Notes: generated from the sequence alone by a model not told the origin. 64,000 bases of DNA from Candidatus Rariloculus sp. (GCF_965263005.1 NZ_OZ253579.1:1219668-1283667); one strand, 5' to 3'. Numbered from the stretch's first letter, positions 51,773 through 61,205 are shown. Made by a program: numbers and translations.

Positions 51773-52554
51773 ATACGCTCGTTTTCGATATCGAGACAGT
51801 GCCCGACATCGAGCTCGGCCGGCGGCTCTACGACGTGGCCGATCTCGATGAGGCATCCGTCGGCAAGATCATGTACTTCAAGCAGAAGCAGGCGCGACAG
51901 ACGGATTTCCTGCCGTTGCCCCAGCACCGTGTGGTCGTGATTTCGGCCGTGCTGAGGCGAGGCGACGAGCTGCACATCTTCAGTCTCGGCGAGGAATCCT
52001 CGTCGGAAAAACAGATCCTGCAAAGGTTCTTCGACGGCATCGAGCGGTTTGGTCCGGACCTCGTTTCCTGGAACGGCTCAGGCTTCGATCTGCCGGTGCT
52101 GCACTATCGGTCGATGCGGCACGGCGTGAACGCGGAGCGCTACTGGGAGATCGGCGATTCGGACCGCGACTTCCGCTACAACAACTACCTCGGCCGTTTC
52201 CACTGGCGGCATCTGGACCTGATGGACGTTCTCGCGGGCTATCAGTTCGGAGCAAGATCGTCGCTCGAGCAGGCCGCGCAGCTACTCGGCCTGCCGGGCA
52301 AGCTCGGCATGAGCGGCGACCGGGTCTGGGATTATTACCAGCAGGGCAGGCTCGAGGAAATCCGCAACTATTGCGAGACGGACGCGCTGAATACCTACCT
52401 CATCTACCTGCGTTTCCAGCTCGTACGCGGCGTGCTCGATGAGGCCCGCCACGCGGCAGAGCTCGGGCTGCTCGAAGCCAAGCTCGCTCAATCGGGGAAA
52501 CCCCATCTGCAAGAGTTCCTCGCGGCCTGGCAGCGGAGCCGGCATGCGCCGTGA
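51769..52554 (+). CDS. Predicted 3'-5' exonuclease (PolB-exonuclease-like, RNase H fold)
   Basis: LVFDIETVPD (ExoI), SWNGSGFDLPVL (ExoII) and YCETDALNTYLIYLRF (ExoIII). Confidence 0.7.
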   Translation: MNTLVFDIETVPDIELGRRLYDVADLDEASVGKIMYFKQKQARQTDFLPLPQHRVVVISAVLRRGDELHIFSLGEESSSEKQILQRFFDGIERFGPDLVSWNGSGFDLPVLHYRSMRHGVNAERYWEIGDSDRDFRYNNYLGRFHWRHLDLMDVLAGYQFGARSSLEQAAQLLGLPGKLGMSGDRVWDYYQQGRLEEIRNYCETDALNTYLIYLRFQLVRGVLDEARHAAELGLLEAKLAQSGKPHLQEFLAAWQRSRHAP

Positions 52555-53854
52555 CGAGCCCGTTGCGGTCGAGATTCACGATCTCACTAACGACGGAAGG
52601 GGCGTAGCCGAGCTCGACGGGCAGCCAATCTTCGTTGCAGGCGCCCTGCCGGACGAGCGTGTGTGGCTCAAACTCAGGCGGCGCCGGCGCGGCCAGCAGG
52701 AAGCGGAGCTCGTGAGCGTGATCGAGCCGTCGGAATCGCGTGTCGAGCCGCAGTGCCGCTACTTTGGACGGTGCGGCGGCTGCTCACTGCAGCATCTGGC
52801 ATACGAAGCACAGCTCAGCTTCAAGCAACGCGCCGCTGCCGAGGCGTTACGCAGAATCGGTGGAGTGGAGCCTGAGGACTGGCTCGATCCCGTGCCGAGT
52901 CCGCAATGGAATTACCGGCGCCGCGCGCGGCTCAGCGCCAGGTTCGTGCCCGGCAAGCAGCGTACCCTCGTCGGCTTCAGGGAACGCGCCGCGTCCTACG
53001 TGACCGACATGGCGAGCTGTCCCGTGCTCGAGCCGCCGCTCGATTCGGCACTTGGCGAACTTGCCGAGGTTGTCACCGCGAGCAGCATCAAGGACCGTCT
53101 GCCCCAGGTCGAGGTCGCGCTCGGCGACCGGAGCCGTGCGATCGTACTGCGCGTCCTCGATCCGCCGACGGAGTCCGACATCGAATCGTTTCAGGCTTTC
53201 GGCAACCGTCATGGGCTCGATGTATACCTTCAGCCCGCAGGCCCCGGCACGGTCAAGCCGCTCGGCGACGCCGCCGGGACATTGAGCTACTCACTGCGGG
53301 ACTTCGACGTCGAGCTCGAGTTCGCCCCGACCGATTTCGTGCAGATCAACGCCGTAGTCAATGCCAGAATGGTCGCCGAGGTCGTTGCGGCCGCGCGGCC
53401 CCAGACGTGTGACAGCGTTCTCGATCTGTATTGCGGTCTCGGCAACTTCAGCTTGCCGCTCGCGAGGCACGCAGGCTCCGTCCTTGGCGTTGAGGGCGAC
53501 GCGGGACTCGTCACGCGCGCCGCGCGCAACGCGGAGCGCAACGGCATCGAGAACGCGCGCTTCCTGACCGCCGACCTTGCGAAATGCGACTGGAGCTTCA
53601 TGCGCGAACCGTGGGATGTCGTCATTCTCGATCCGCCGCGCACGGGTGCCGAAGCCGTGGTTGCCGAACTCGGGAGGGTTGCGCCAAAGAGAATCGTCTA
53701 CGTGTCCTGTCATCCGGCCACGCTCGCCCGGGATGCGCGCGTCCTCGTCGAGAAGCAGCACTATCGCTTGCGCAGCGCAAGGGTTTTCGACATGTTTCCG
53801 CACACACACCATGTCGAGGTCATGACGTGTTTCGAGCGAGGCACAGCAAGCTGA
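52544..53854 (+). CDS. rlmD: 23S rRNA (uracil1939-C5)-methyltransferase RlmD (RumA)
   Basis: TRAM domain, Fe-S Cys cluster CRYFGRCGGCSLQH, SAM motif LDLYCGLGNFSLPLA, and the catalytic region ...YVSCHPATLARD. Confidence 0.9.
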   Translation: MRRDEPVAVEIHDLTNDGRGVAELDGQPIFVAGALPDERVWLKLRRRRRGQQEAELVSVIEPSESRVEPQCRYFGRCGGCSLQHLAYEAQLSFKQRAAAEALRRIGGVEPEDWLDPVPSPQWNYRRRARLSARFVPGKQRTLVGFRERAASYVTDMASCPVLEPPLDSALGELAEVVTASSIKDRLPQVEVALGDRSRAIVLRVLDPPTESDIESFQAFGNRHGLDVYLQPAGPGTVKPLGDAAGTLSYSLRDFDVELEFAPTDFVQINAVVNARMVAEVVAAARPQTCDSVLDLYCGLGNFSLPLARHAGSVLGVEGDAGLVTRAARNAERNGIENARFLTADLAKCDWSFMREPWDVVILDPPRTGAEAVVAELGRVAPKRIVYVSCHPATLARDARVLVEKQHYRLRSARVFDMFPHTHHVEVMTCFERGTAS

Positions 53855-53962
53855 ATCCATGATGCCACGCGGTCGCCAGATCTGCCGCGCCGGGATCGGG
53901 GCGGGCCAACCGTCCGCGATCATGTTTCCGGAGCAACGGCGGACGATGCCAAAGGAGCAGCG

Positions 53963-54979
53963 ATGTCACTCGGTCCTTTGATGATCGGCCTGTCAGGGAC
54001 GTCGCTCGAAGACCGCGAGCGCGAGTGGCTCGCATCGCCGCTGGTCGGCGGCGTCATCCTGTTCGCGCGCAATTTCAGCGGACGCCGGCAGCTCGAGCGT
54101 CTCGTTGAGGAAATCCAGGCCATTCGATCTCCGCCGTTACTGGTCGGGGTCGATCAGGAAGGCGGCCGCGTGCAGCGGTTCGGCCGGCCGTTCTCCCGCT
54201 TGCCGCCGGCACGCGCGTTCGGCCGCCTGTACGATGAACATCCGTCGATGGCGGAGCGGAGCACTCAGACTGTCGCCTGGCTCATGGCAGCAGAGCTCAG
54301 GGCAGTCGGCGTGGACCTGAGCTTCGCACCCGTCGTTGACCTCGACAGCGGCGTTGCCGATGTCATCGGGGACCGCGCGCTGCACGCGAGCCACGAAGTC
54401 GTGAGCCGGTTGGCACTGCGTGTCAACGCGGGTCTGCGCGACGCGGGCATGGTCGCCACGGCCAAGCATTTTCCGACCCATGCAGGCGCGAGGAGCGATT
54501 CGCACAATGCGCTCGCCGTCGACCACCGGGACCATGAAGCGCTTTGCGATGATCTTGTGCCGTACCGGCGTCTGATCAATGCCGGTCTGCACTCGATCAT
54601 GGTCGGCCACGTCATCTTCCCCGAGCTCGATCCGCTACCCGCGAGCCTGTCGCCCTGGTGGATCGAAACGCAGCTCCGGGGGGAGCTTCGCTATTCGGGC
54701 GCGGTAATCTCCGACGACATGGGCATGGCCGGCGCATCGGTCGCGGGGGGCTTGGTCGAGCGCGTGCGCAAGTCGCTCGACGCCGGCTGCGATCTCGTGC
54801 TCGTGTGCAATGAGCTGGACCAAATACCGGCGCTCCTGGCGAAGCTGGACGGTTACGTCAATCCGTCCGGCCAACTGCGCCTCATGCGTCTGCGCGGCGC
54901 AGACAGTCCGTCGTGGGACGAACTGCGCGCATCGTCTGCCTGGCAGGAGGCAAGGGCTGTGCTGGACGTTATGAATTGA
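53963..54979 (+). CDS. nagZ: Beta-N-acetylhexosaminidase NagZ
   Basis: GGVILFARNF, VDQEGGRVQRF and KHFPTHAGARSDSH motifs. Confidence 0.9.
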   Translation: MSLGPLMIGLSGTSLEDREREWLASPLVGGVILFARNFSGRRQLERLVEEIQAIRSPPLLVGVDQEGGRVQRFGRPFSRLPPARAFGRLYDEHPSMAERSTQTVAWLMAAELRAVGVDLSFAPVVDLDSGVADVIGDRALHASHEVVSRLALRVNAGLRDAGMVATAKHFPTHAGARSDSHNALAVDHRDHEALCDDLVPYRRLINAGLHSIMVGHVIFPELDPLPASLSPWWIETQLRGELRYSGAVISDDMGMAGASVAGGLVERVRKSLDAGCDLVLVCNELDQIPALLAKLDGYVNPSGQLRLMRLRGADSPSWDELRASSAWQEARAVLDVMN

Positions 54980-55106
54980 CCTGCCCTGGCCTCAAGCGCG
55001 TTTTCCACCACCTGTCCACGGCGGACCGCCTTTGGTCGGCGTTAACTATTCTTTACTCTGACGACGTACACGCGAAGCCGAGACGGCGCTGCGAGAGAGC
55101 AAGGAA

Positions 55107-55135
55107 CGCCCCGCCGTCGTGGTGACAGCGGGGCG
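55107..55135 (-). terminator. GC-rich hairpin downstream of the TonB-dependent receptor gene
   Basis: CGCCCCGC (55107-55114) pairs with GCGGGGCG (55128-55135). On the minus strand it is followed by TTCCTTGCTCTC, a weak U-tract. Confidence 0.35.
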
Positions 55136-55160
55136 CAATCAGACGCAACTCGCTGGAGTC

Positions 55161-57962
55161 CTAGAAACCCCAGTTGATGCCGACGCGATACATGCGGCCT
55201 CTCAAGTCATGGAGAAAGCTCGACGTCGTTCTGAGGTCGCGATGCCGGATCGGTGGATCCTCGTCCCCAGCGTTCAATACCGCGACAGTCACGTTGCTCC
55301 TACCTGACGGCAGAGTGTAGTCATAGAGGAGGTCGATCGTATTGAAGGCTTTCTCTTCGGTACGAGTCCTGGACGGGGTGTCCTCCCTGACCTTCGAGAC
55401 GTGGCGGTAGGTCACTCTCGCGTAATGATCCCCGCGTCTCCAGTCGAGGCGCAGATTGCCGCGGAGTTCCGCGTTTGGATACGCAAAGTTCGTGCCGTTA
55501 TGGCTGCCGACGCCGTCGAAGATTATGCCTTCGCTGATCAGGTCATACTCGTCCGTCAAGGTCCCGGTCAAGCCGATGCCCCAATCGCTGGCGGCTGTTG
55601 TGAAACGATAGTTGAAACTGAAGTCCAGTCCCGCTGTGTTCTGGAAGTCCTGGTTGATATAGGACAGTCGCATGAACTCGATATCGAGCCCGTCCATGCA
55701 GCCGGCGGGCAGCGGGTTGGGACCGGGTGCATTGGGATCCCAGGTGTTGTTCGATCCGGGCAGGCTGGTGTCACAAACCTGGTTCGGCGAACCCGGCAGC
55801 AAGACGATGCGCGGGTCGTTGACCAGTCCATCATCGGCGATGTCGTTCAACAAAACGACCTGTCCGTCCTCGGGAACGATGAGGTTGCTGAACTCGATGC
55901 GCCAGTAGTTCAGATCGATCGTGAAGTTGTCCGTGACGTCCCAGGTCATGCCGATCGTCCAGTTGTCCGATTCCTCGGGAAACAGATTCGGATCACCGAC
56001 CAATAGTCCACGCGCGTTGATTGTCTCTCCGCCGATCGGCGTCGTGGTGCTGCCTTGCGAGATCGAGCCGAAGGTCTGCACCTCGCCGGGTTGGCGGAAC
56101 GACGTGCCGGTCGTCGCACGGAAGAACAGTCGTTCTGTCGGCGTCCACAGAAAACCGACTTTCGGATCCGTCGAATCGACAGTGCCGTAGTCCTCATAGC
56201 GAGCCGCCAACTGAATCTCAACGGCCTCGGTCGGGAACATGACGAGCTCGGCGAACAAGGCGTCAGTCTCGACTATGCCGCCGAAATCCTGGCGCGGTGT
56301 CGTGCTGAACGCAAACCCGCCGTCCTCGGTGATCGGATCGAAGTCGCGGAAAAACTCCTGCTCGCGATTCTGCACGCCGATGGCAAGTCCCGTCGGGCCG
56401 CCGGCCATCTCGCCGATCTCACCCCTGACGAGGAAATCGAGCGTCTCGAGTTCTGCCGCGCCCGTTTGCGCGCTGCGTGCAAACAGCCAGTTCGGCAGGA
56501 TCGGGTCGTTATAGTGCGCGTCGCCGGGCTGTGCATCGAACCGGTTGGCAAATGGGTTGTACCACAGGCACGCCCCCTGGCCCGGGTCGCCCGTTGCGGC
56601 ATCGCATCCGGGACCACCGAAACCCTTGAGCGCATCGTTGAAACGCTGCCGGATCGTATCGCCACCGAGGGCGTAGCTGTCGTTCGACGAATACGTCGCC
56701 GTCGCCAACCAGTCCCAACCGCTATCGCCGAATGCGCCGCTCAACGATCCGGCCACGCGGAAGGTTTCTTGCTCTTGCAGGACGTTCGTCGCCGGGTCAC
56801 CGGCCGGGCTGCGGATACGCGTGAAAATCGTGTAATCCCGGATCGGGAAGCCCGTACGCCTGTTCTCCTCCACCAAGCCGGGATTCGTCGCGGGGACGAA
56901 CGGAGCCGGCGGCAGTATCGGCAGGCCGTAGCCGAAGTCCAGCTGGTACCGCGCCTTCGCGTAACCGACTTCGACCTGGGCCTGAATGTCGTTACTGAAA
57001 TCATGCGTGGCCACGGCCAGGCCGTTGAGCTGCTCGGCGTCGGGCACAAGCGCGCGGCCGAGGCTCAGCTGCATGCGGCACAAAGGTCCCGTCGTGAAGA
57101 ACCCGGATTTGATGCCGGGCGCCAAGGATTGGTCACCGCACAACGGATCGGCCATCGGCGCTCCGCCGCCCACGGGAAAAAACGTTCCCGGGTTAGCGAA
57201 GCTAGTCACGAGACCGAGCTGCAATCGTTCGTCGGAGAAGCGATCCTCGGAGTTCATGCGCTCCATGCGGCTCCACTCGAAGCCGGCCACGACACTCGTA
57301 TCGGGACCCTGCGAACCGAGCAGCGCGCCGACCGTGAAGTCTGACGAGCCGATCTCGGCCACGGACGCCATCTCGGCCTTCATCTCGATGCCCTCGAAAT
57401 TGTTGCGCGTTATCAGGTTCACGACGCCCGCGACCGCGTCACTGCCGTACAGCGCCGACGCGCCGTCGGTGAGCACCTCGACGCGTTCGATCATGATTGA
57501 CGGCGCGAGATTGTTGATGTCGACGGCAACGACACCGTCGAGGCCCGTATTGCCGTCCACGGTCTGGCGTCGTCCGTTCATGAGCACGAGCGTCGCTCTC
57601 GGACCCAGACCCCGCAGGTTCACAGTCATCGTCGGCGACGTGAAGTTCTCGTTGTAGTTCAGGATTGCCGAAGGCGCCTGAACCTGCGGCATGTCCTTCA
57701 TGGTTTCAGCGAGCGACTGCCGCTGGCCGAGGTTCAAGTCCTCGGCGGAAAGCACGGTCAGCGGCTGCGGCCGATCCGCGGGACGTTCGAGGAACGAACC
57801 CGTCACGACGATTTCCTCGTCCGCTTGTGCGGCGGGCTGCTGCTGCTGACCTAGCGCGGGTTGAACAAACACGGCCACAGCGCACGCTCCGATGGCTGAA
57901 CCGAGTTCCTTGTAGCGAAATTGCACAGCTTTGCTATTCATGAACTTCTCCTTTTGTTGCAA
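55161..57962 (-). CDS. TonB-dependent outer membrane receptor
   Basis: 933 aa. Signal peptide, a TonB-box-like EEIVVTGS, the plug domain (...VLMNGRR...), a long beta-barrel and the terminal ...YRVGINWGF. Confidence 0.9.
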   Translation of the reverse strand: MQQKEKFMNSKAVQFRYKELGSAIGACAVAVFVQPALGQQQQPAAQADEEIVVTGSFLERPADRPQPLTVLSAEDLNLGQRQSLAETMKDMPQVQAPSAILNYNENFTSPTMTVNLRGLGPRATLVLMNGRRQTVDGNTGLDGVVAVDINNLAPSIMIERVEVLTDGASALYGSDAVAGVVNLITRNNFEGIEMKAEMASVAEIGSSDFTVGALLGSQGPDTSVVAGFEWSRMERMNSEDRFSDERLQLGLVTSFANPGTFFPVGGGAPMADPLCGDQSLAPGIKSGFFTTGPLCRMQLSLGRALVPDAEQLNGLAVATHDFSNDIQAQVEVGYAKARYQLDFGYGLPILPPAPFVPATNPGLVEENRRTGFPIRDYTIFTRIRSPAGDPATNVLQEQETFRVAGSLSGAFGDSGWDWLATATYSSNDSYALGGDTIRQRFNDALKGFGGPGCDAATGDPGQGACLWYNPFANRFDAQPGDAHYNDPILPNWLFARSAQTGAAELETLDFLVRGEIGEMAGGPTGLAIGVQNREQEFFRDFDPITEDGGFAFSTTPRQDFGGIVETDALFAELVMFPTEAVEIQLAARYEDYGTVDSTDPKVGFLWTPTERLFFRATTGTSFRQPGEVQTFGSISQGSTTTPIGGETINARGLLVGDPNLFPEESDNWTIGMTWDVTDNFTIDLNYWRIEFSNLIVPEDGQVVLLNDIADDGLVNDPRIVLLPGSPNQVCDTSLPGSNNTWDPNAPGPNPLPAGCMDGLDIEFMRLSYINQDFQNTAGLDFSFNYRFTTAASDWGIGLTGTLTDEYDLISEGIIFDGVGSHNGTNFAYPNAELRGNLRLDWRRGDHYARVTYRHVSKVREDTPSRTRTEEKAFNTIDLLYDYTLPSGRSNVTVAVLNAGDEDPPIRHRDLRTTSSFLHDLRGRMYRVGINWGF

Positions 57963-57987
57963 GAGAACTACAATGCAGAGGCTTGAC

Positions 57988-58025
57988 TGAGCGTATGGTT
58001 ATCTATTGAGCGTATGGTTATCTAT
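57988..58025. repeat. 2 x 19 bp perfect tandem repeat in the receptor promoter region
   Basis: TGAGCGTATGGTTATCTAT occurs twice, at 57988-58006 and 58007-58025, starting 26 bp upstream of the receptor start codon. On the receptor strand it reads ATAGATAACCATACGCTCA x2, which contains GATAAC-CAT Fur-box-like half sites. Confidence 0.9.
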
Positions 58026-58174
58026 AATGAATACGATAGCCTAAAGCAAATCAATCTTGTCTACCCGAAGCTTCGAATCGGGTGCTGTTTAGACTGAAAA
58101 CAACAGTTGTCCTGTGCCGCGCAACATGCGCGCTGCTCGCCAATACCGGACTCGCCCACGCCACTACCCGCAAA

Positions 58175-58509
58175 GCCCGTACCACGGTGATCGAGACGCT
58201 CAAGGCCCTGATCGTCACCACTCCCGCTGAGTAAGGAGCGCACCCACACCGCCGCTCCGACCCTGCGAGAGGCCTTCGGCATCGGTGCTGACACCGCCGC
58301 AGAGGTGTTGATCGCGTTCGGCGACACCCCAGAACGCGGGGCTCTACCGAACCACGATCGTGCGCATGCGCTCCCACAAGCCGACCATCCACTAAGTCGC
58401 TCGACGCACTGCCGAGGGCTTGGCCAAGCGCGATATCATCCGATGCCTCAAGCCAAAGAGTCTCCGGTATTCCCCGGGGCGGTTTACCTCGAGTGCGAGG
58501 AGTGAAGCG
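58175..58509 (+). mobile_element. Relic of an IS110-family transposase gene (C-terminal domain only; frameshifted, with a stop and deletions)
   Basis: Three fragments in three different frames: ARTTVIETLKALIVTTPAE*, LREAFGIGADTAAEVLIAFGDTPER and TIVRMRSHKPTIH*VARRTAEGLAKRDIIRCLK. They match the conserved order of IS110/IS116/IS902 C-terminal motifs. No N-terminal catalytic domain is present. Confidence 0.6.
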
Positions 58510-59001
58510 ATGGCGGCAGACGAAGAGATTGCACGCGTACGCGGCGAGGCGCGGCAGCTCCTGTCGGCGGACGAGGTCGATCGTGCGATCGCCGGCATGG
58601 CGAAGCGGATCGAAGCGGTTTTCGCCGCCGCCGATCCGGTCATACTTGCGGTCATGCACGGCGGCGTCTTCACTGCGGTCAATCTTTGCAGACATTTCGA
58701 CTTTCCGTACGAGCTCGCCTACGTCCACGCGAGCCGCTACGGGCGTGGACTGACCGGCGGCGCGCTCGATTGGCGCGTCGAGCCCGACCGCGGGCTTGCC
58801 GGTCGGGCCGTGCTCGTCGTCGACGATGTGCTCGACCGCGGCGTGACACTCGGCAGCCTGTGCGGCAAGCTGCGCGGACTTGAAGTCGCCACGCTCGGGG
58901 TCGCTGTGCTCGTTGTGAAAGACATAAACGGAGAGCCGGAGCGGCCGCGCCGCCCTGAATCGCTTCAGGCGCTCCGTGGGGAAGTTCGGGCGCGGGCGTA
59001 G
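58510..59001 (+). pseudogene. 3'-truncated second copy of hpt (first ~146 codons plus an unrelated 17-codon tail)
   Basis: 58510-58950 is about 92 percent identical to 61593-62033. It lacks the C-terminal PDFVGI...FGCGMDYKGYW purine-binding part present in the full copy. Confidence 0.75.
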
Positions 59002-59017
59002 GGCAACAGAGACGGCA

Positions 59018-60607
59018 ATGGCGACAAGGAAGACAAGAAAAATCGCGCCGGCGCCGGAAATCGAGATCAATCCCGAATTTGCCCGGGCGCTCGCGCTCAT
59101 GGAGGCGGGCGAGTGCAATGTGTTCATCACCGGCAGGGCGGGCACCGGCAAGTCCACGCTGCTCGAATACTTCCGGGCAAATGCCCGCGAAAAACCGGTG
59201 GTTCTGGCGCCTACCGGCGTCGCGGCGCTCAACGTTAGCGGGCAGACCGTGCACAAGTTTTTCGGTTTCCGCATCGACGTCACCCCCGAGACGGTCCGTG
59301 AGAGCCGCCGCAAGCTGCGGCGCCCCGAGATCTACAAGAATCTCAAGACCGTCATCATCGACGAGGTCTCGATGCTCCGGGCGGACCTGCTCGATTGCGT
59401 CGATCTGTTTCTGCGCAAGCACGGCCCTCTTCGAAACGCGTTGTTCGGCGGCGTGCAGATGATTTTCGTCGGCGATCTTTACCAGCTTCCGCCGGTGGTG
59501 ACCGGGGATGAGCGCGAAATATTCCGCGAGCTCTACGAAACCCCGTACTTCTTCAGCGCCCGGGCACTAGAGGGCGAGGACCTTGAGATCCTCGAACTGG
59601 AGAAAGTCTACAGGCAGAAGGACGCCGCCTTCGTGGAACTGCTCAACCGCATCCGTAACAATTCGGTAGACGAGGACGATGTGGCGCGGCTCAACGAGCG
59701 CGCGGACCCGAATCTCAAGCCCCCCGATAGCGCCTTCCACGTGACCCTCACCACGACAAACCGGAACGCCGACCGCATCAACGAGACGAAACTTGCCTCG
59801 TTGCCGGGCAAGCGGGTGGTCTCCAGCGCCAGCATCTCCGGCGACTTCGGCCGGGAGTACTACCCCACCGCGACCGACCTCGCCTTCAAGGCCGGCGCTC
59901 AGATCATGATGCTCAACAACGACCCGGCGGGCCGCTGGGTCAACGGCAGCATCGGTGCGATCGAGTCCATCGAGCGCTCGAAACATGGCGAGGATTGCCT
60001 GTTGGCGCGGCTCCGGGACAGCGGCGAACGCGTGGACGTCGAACCGTACACGTGGGATCTCATCCGTTTCGGGATCGAGAACGGGAGCATCGTCAGCGAG
60101 CCGGTTGGCCGCTTCACACAATTGCCCTTTCGCCTGGCCTGGGCCGTGACCATTCACAAAAGCCAAGGCAAGACCTTTGAACACGTCGTCATCGATCTCG
60201 AGCGGGGCGCCTTCGCGGCCGGGCAGACCTATGTGGCGCTCAGCCGATGCACATCGTTCGAGGGCATTGTATTTTCGCGGCCGATCCGCCAAAGCTCGAT
60301 CCGCGCCGACTGGCGCATTCAGAAATTCCTAACCGGATACCGATACCGAGAGTCCGAGGCGGCGATGTCGGCGGAGGAAAAGGCCGCGGTCATCCGTGGC
60401 GCGATCGGGAGAGACGCCGAAATCGCCATGACGTATCTGAAGACCAATGACACCAGAAGCGAGCGGGTTGTCATCCCGATCAGTGTCGGAACGGAAACCT
60501 ACCGGGACAAGGATTTCCTCGGCATGCGCGCTTTCTGCACATTGCGCCGGGACGAACGCATGTTCCGTGTCGATCGGATCCTGAAACTTGAGATTCGCGG
60601 GGATTGA
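59018..60607 (+). CDS. PIF1-family (RecD-like SF1B) DNA helicase with a C-terminal WYL-like domain
   Basis: Walker A GRAGTGKST, APTGVAALN, VIIDEVSM, FVGDLYQLPPV, TIHKSQGKTFEHVVI and YVALSRC. The C-terminus IAMTYLKTNDTRSERVVIPISVG...FLGMRAFCTLRRDERMFRVDRILKLEI fits the WYL-domain pattern. Confidence 0.8.
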   Translation: MATRKTRKIAPAPEIEINPEFARALALMEAGECNVFITGRAGTGKSTLLEYFRANAREKPVVLAPTGVAALNVSGQTVHKFFGFRIDVTPETVRESRRKLRRPEIYKNLKTVIIDEVSMLRADLLDCVDLFLRKHGPLRNALFGGVQMIFVGDLYQLPPVVTGDEREIFRELYETPYFFSARALEGEDLEILELEKVYRQKDAAFVELLNRIRNNSVDEDDVARLNERADPNLKPPDSAFHVTLTTTNRNADRINETKLASLPGKRVVSSASISGDFGREYYPTATDLAFKAGAQIMMLNNDPAGRWVNGSIGAIESIERSKHGEDCLLARLRDSGERVDVEPYTWDLIRFGIENGSIVSEPVGRFTQLPFRLAWAVTIHKSQGKTFEHVVIDLERGAFAAGQTYVALSRCTSFEGIVFSRPIRQSSIRADWRIQKFLTGYRYRESEAAMSAEEKAAVIRGAIGRDAEIAMTYLKTNDTRSERVVIPISVGTETYRDKDFLGMRAFCTLRRDERMFRVDRILKLEIRGD

Positions 60608-60782
60608 TCGGCGGGCTCGAGATGGCGGCGACGGTGTAGGCCGAGCGCTTGCGTTCAACGACATGGTCAGCTTCACAACAGCCCCGCGCGGTCGCCGGCA
60701 GCATGAACCAACCCTGTGCCCAACAGGGGGGTATTTCTGCTTGGGACTAGCAGCTCTTGGAGAAGAAGGAGGCATTTCCGTT

Positions 60783-61205
60783 TTGCGTCGACACGTGATG
60801 ATCGATGAGTTCATCGGGCAAGGCGGCACACTGCCCAATCTGCGAGGCTGGATTGAGAAGCAGGGCGGCAATGTCATTGGCGCCGTTGGCTTGACCGGCA
60901 AGCCATATTTCGCCAAGTTGGACCCTGCGAAGGAGCAACTTCATGAGCTCAGACAAAAACACGTGCCGAACTTCGAGAAGTGGCGGCGGGAGCACTTTGG
61001 CCGCGCCTTCGATTGCCTTACTCAATCGGAAGCTCGGTACCTCGCCCGCTCCCCGGATGTTGACACCGTCCGAAATCGAATTGCTGCGGCAATGCGTGAA
61101 GGAGGTGGCAGAAGTCACGCATGCAGTCCTGGCGAGCAGCGAAAACACATCAAAGCCGTGACGGCGCGACTTGCAACGCAGTTTCCGGACGGCAAGCCCC
61201 GGTGA
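60783..61205 (+). CDS. Hypothetical small protein starting with a PRTase PRPP-loop-like motif
   Basis: Strong SD AAGGAGG (60766-60772) lies 10 nt before in-frame TTG 60783. The protein reads (M)RRHVMIDEFIGQGGTLPNLRGWIEKQGGNVIGAVGLTGK... Third-position GC is visibly lower than in the core genes. Function unknown. Confidence 0.45.
   Translation: MRRHVMIDEFIGQGGTLPNLRGWIEKQGGNVIGAVGLTGKPYFAKLDPAKEQLHELRQKHVPNFEKWRREHFGRAFDCLTQSEARYLARSPDVDTVRNRIAAAMREGGGRSHACSPGEQRKHIKAVTARLATQFPDGKPR

Noticed and set aside
58058-58085. tRNA T-arm-like sequence (CCCGAAGCTTCGAATCGGG) next to the IS relic, possibly a tRNA fragment or att site
   Set aside because: Only a short palindrome is present. The loop length is wrong for a T-loop, and there is no acceptor stem, anticodon arm or D-arm in the flanks.
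60588-60782. Longer version of the small ORF starting at 60588 and overlapping the helicase 3' end
   Set aside because: The upstream 65 codons have no protein-like features. The strong AAGGAGG at 60766-60772 is positioned for TTG 60783. The longer form would overlap the helicase stop by 20 nt without a coupling signal.
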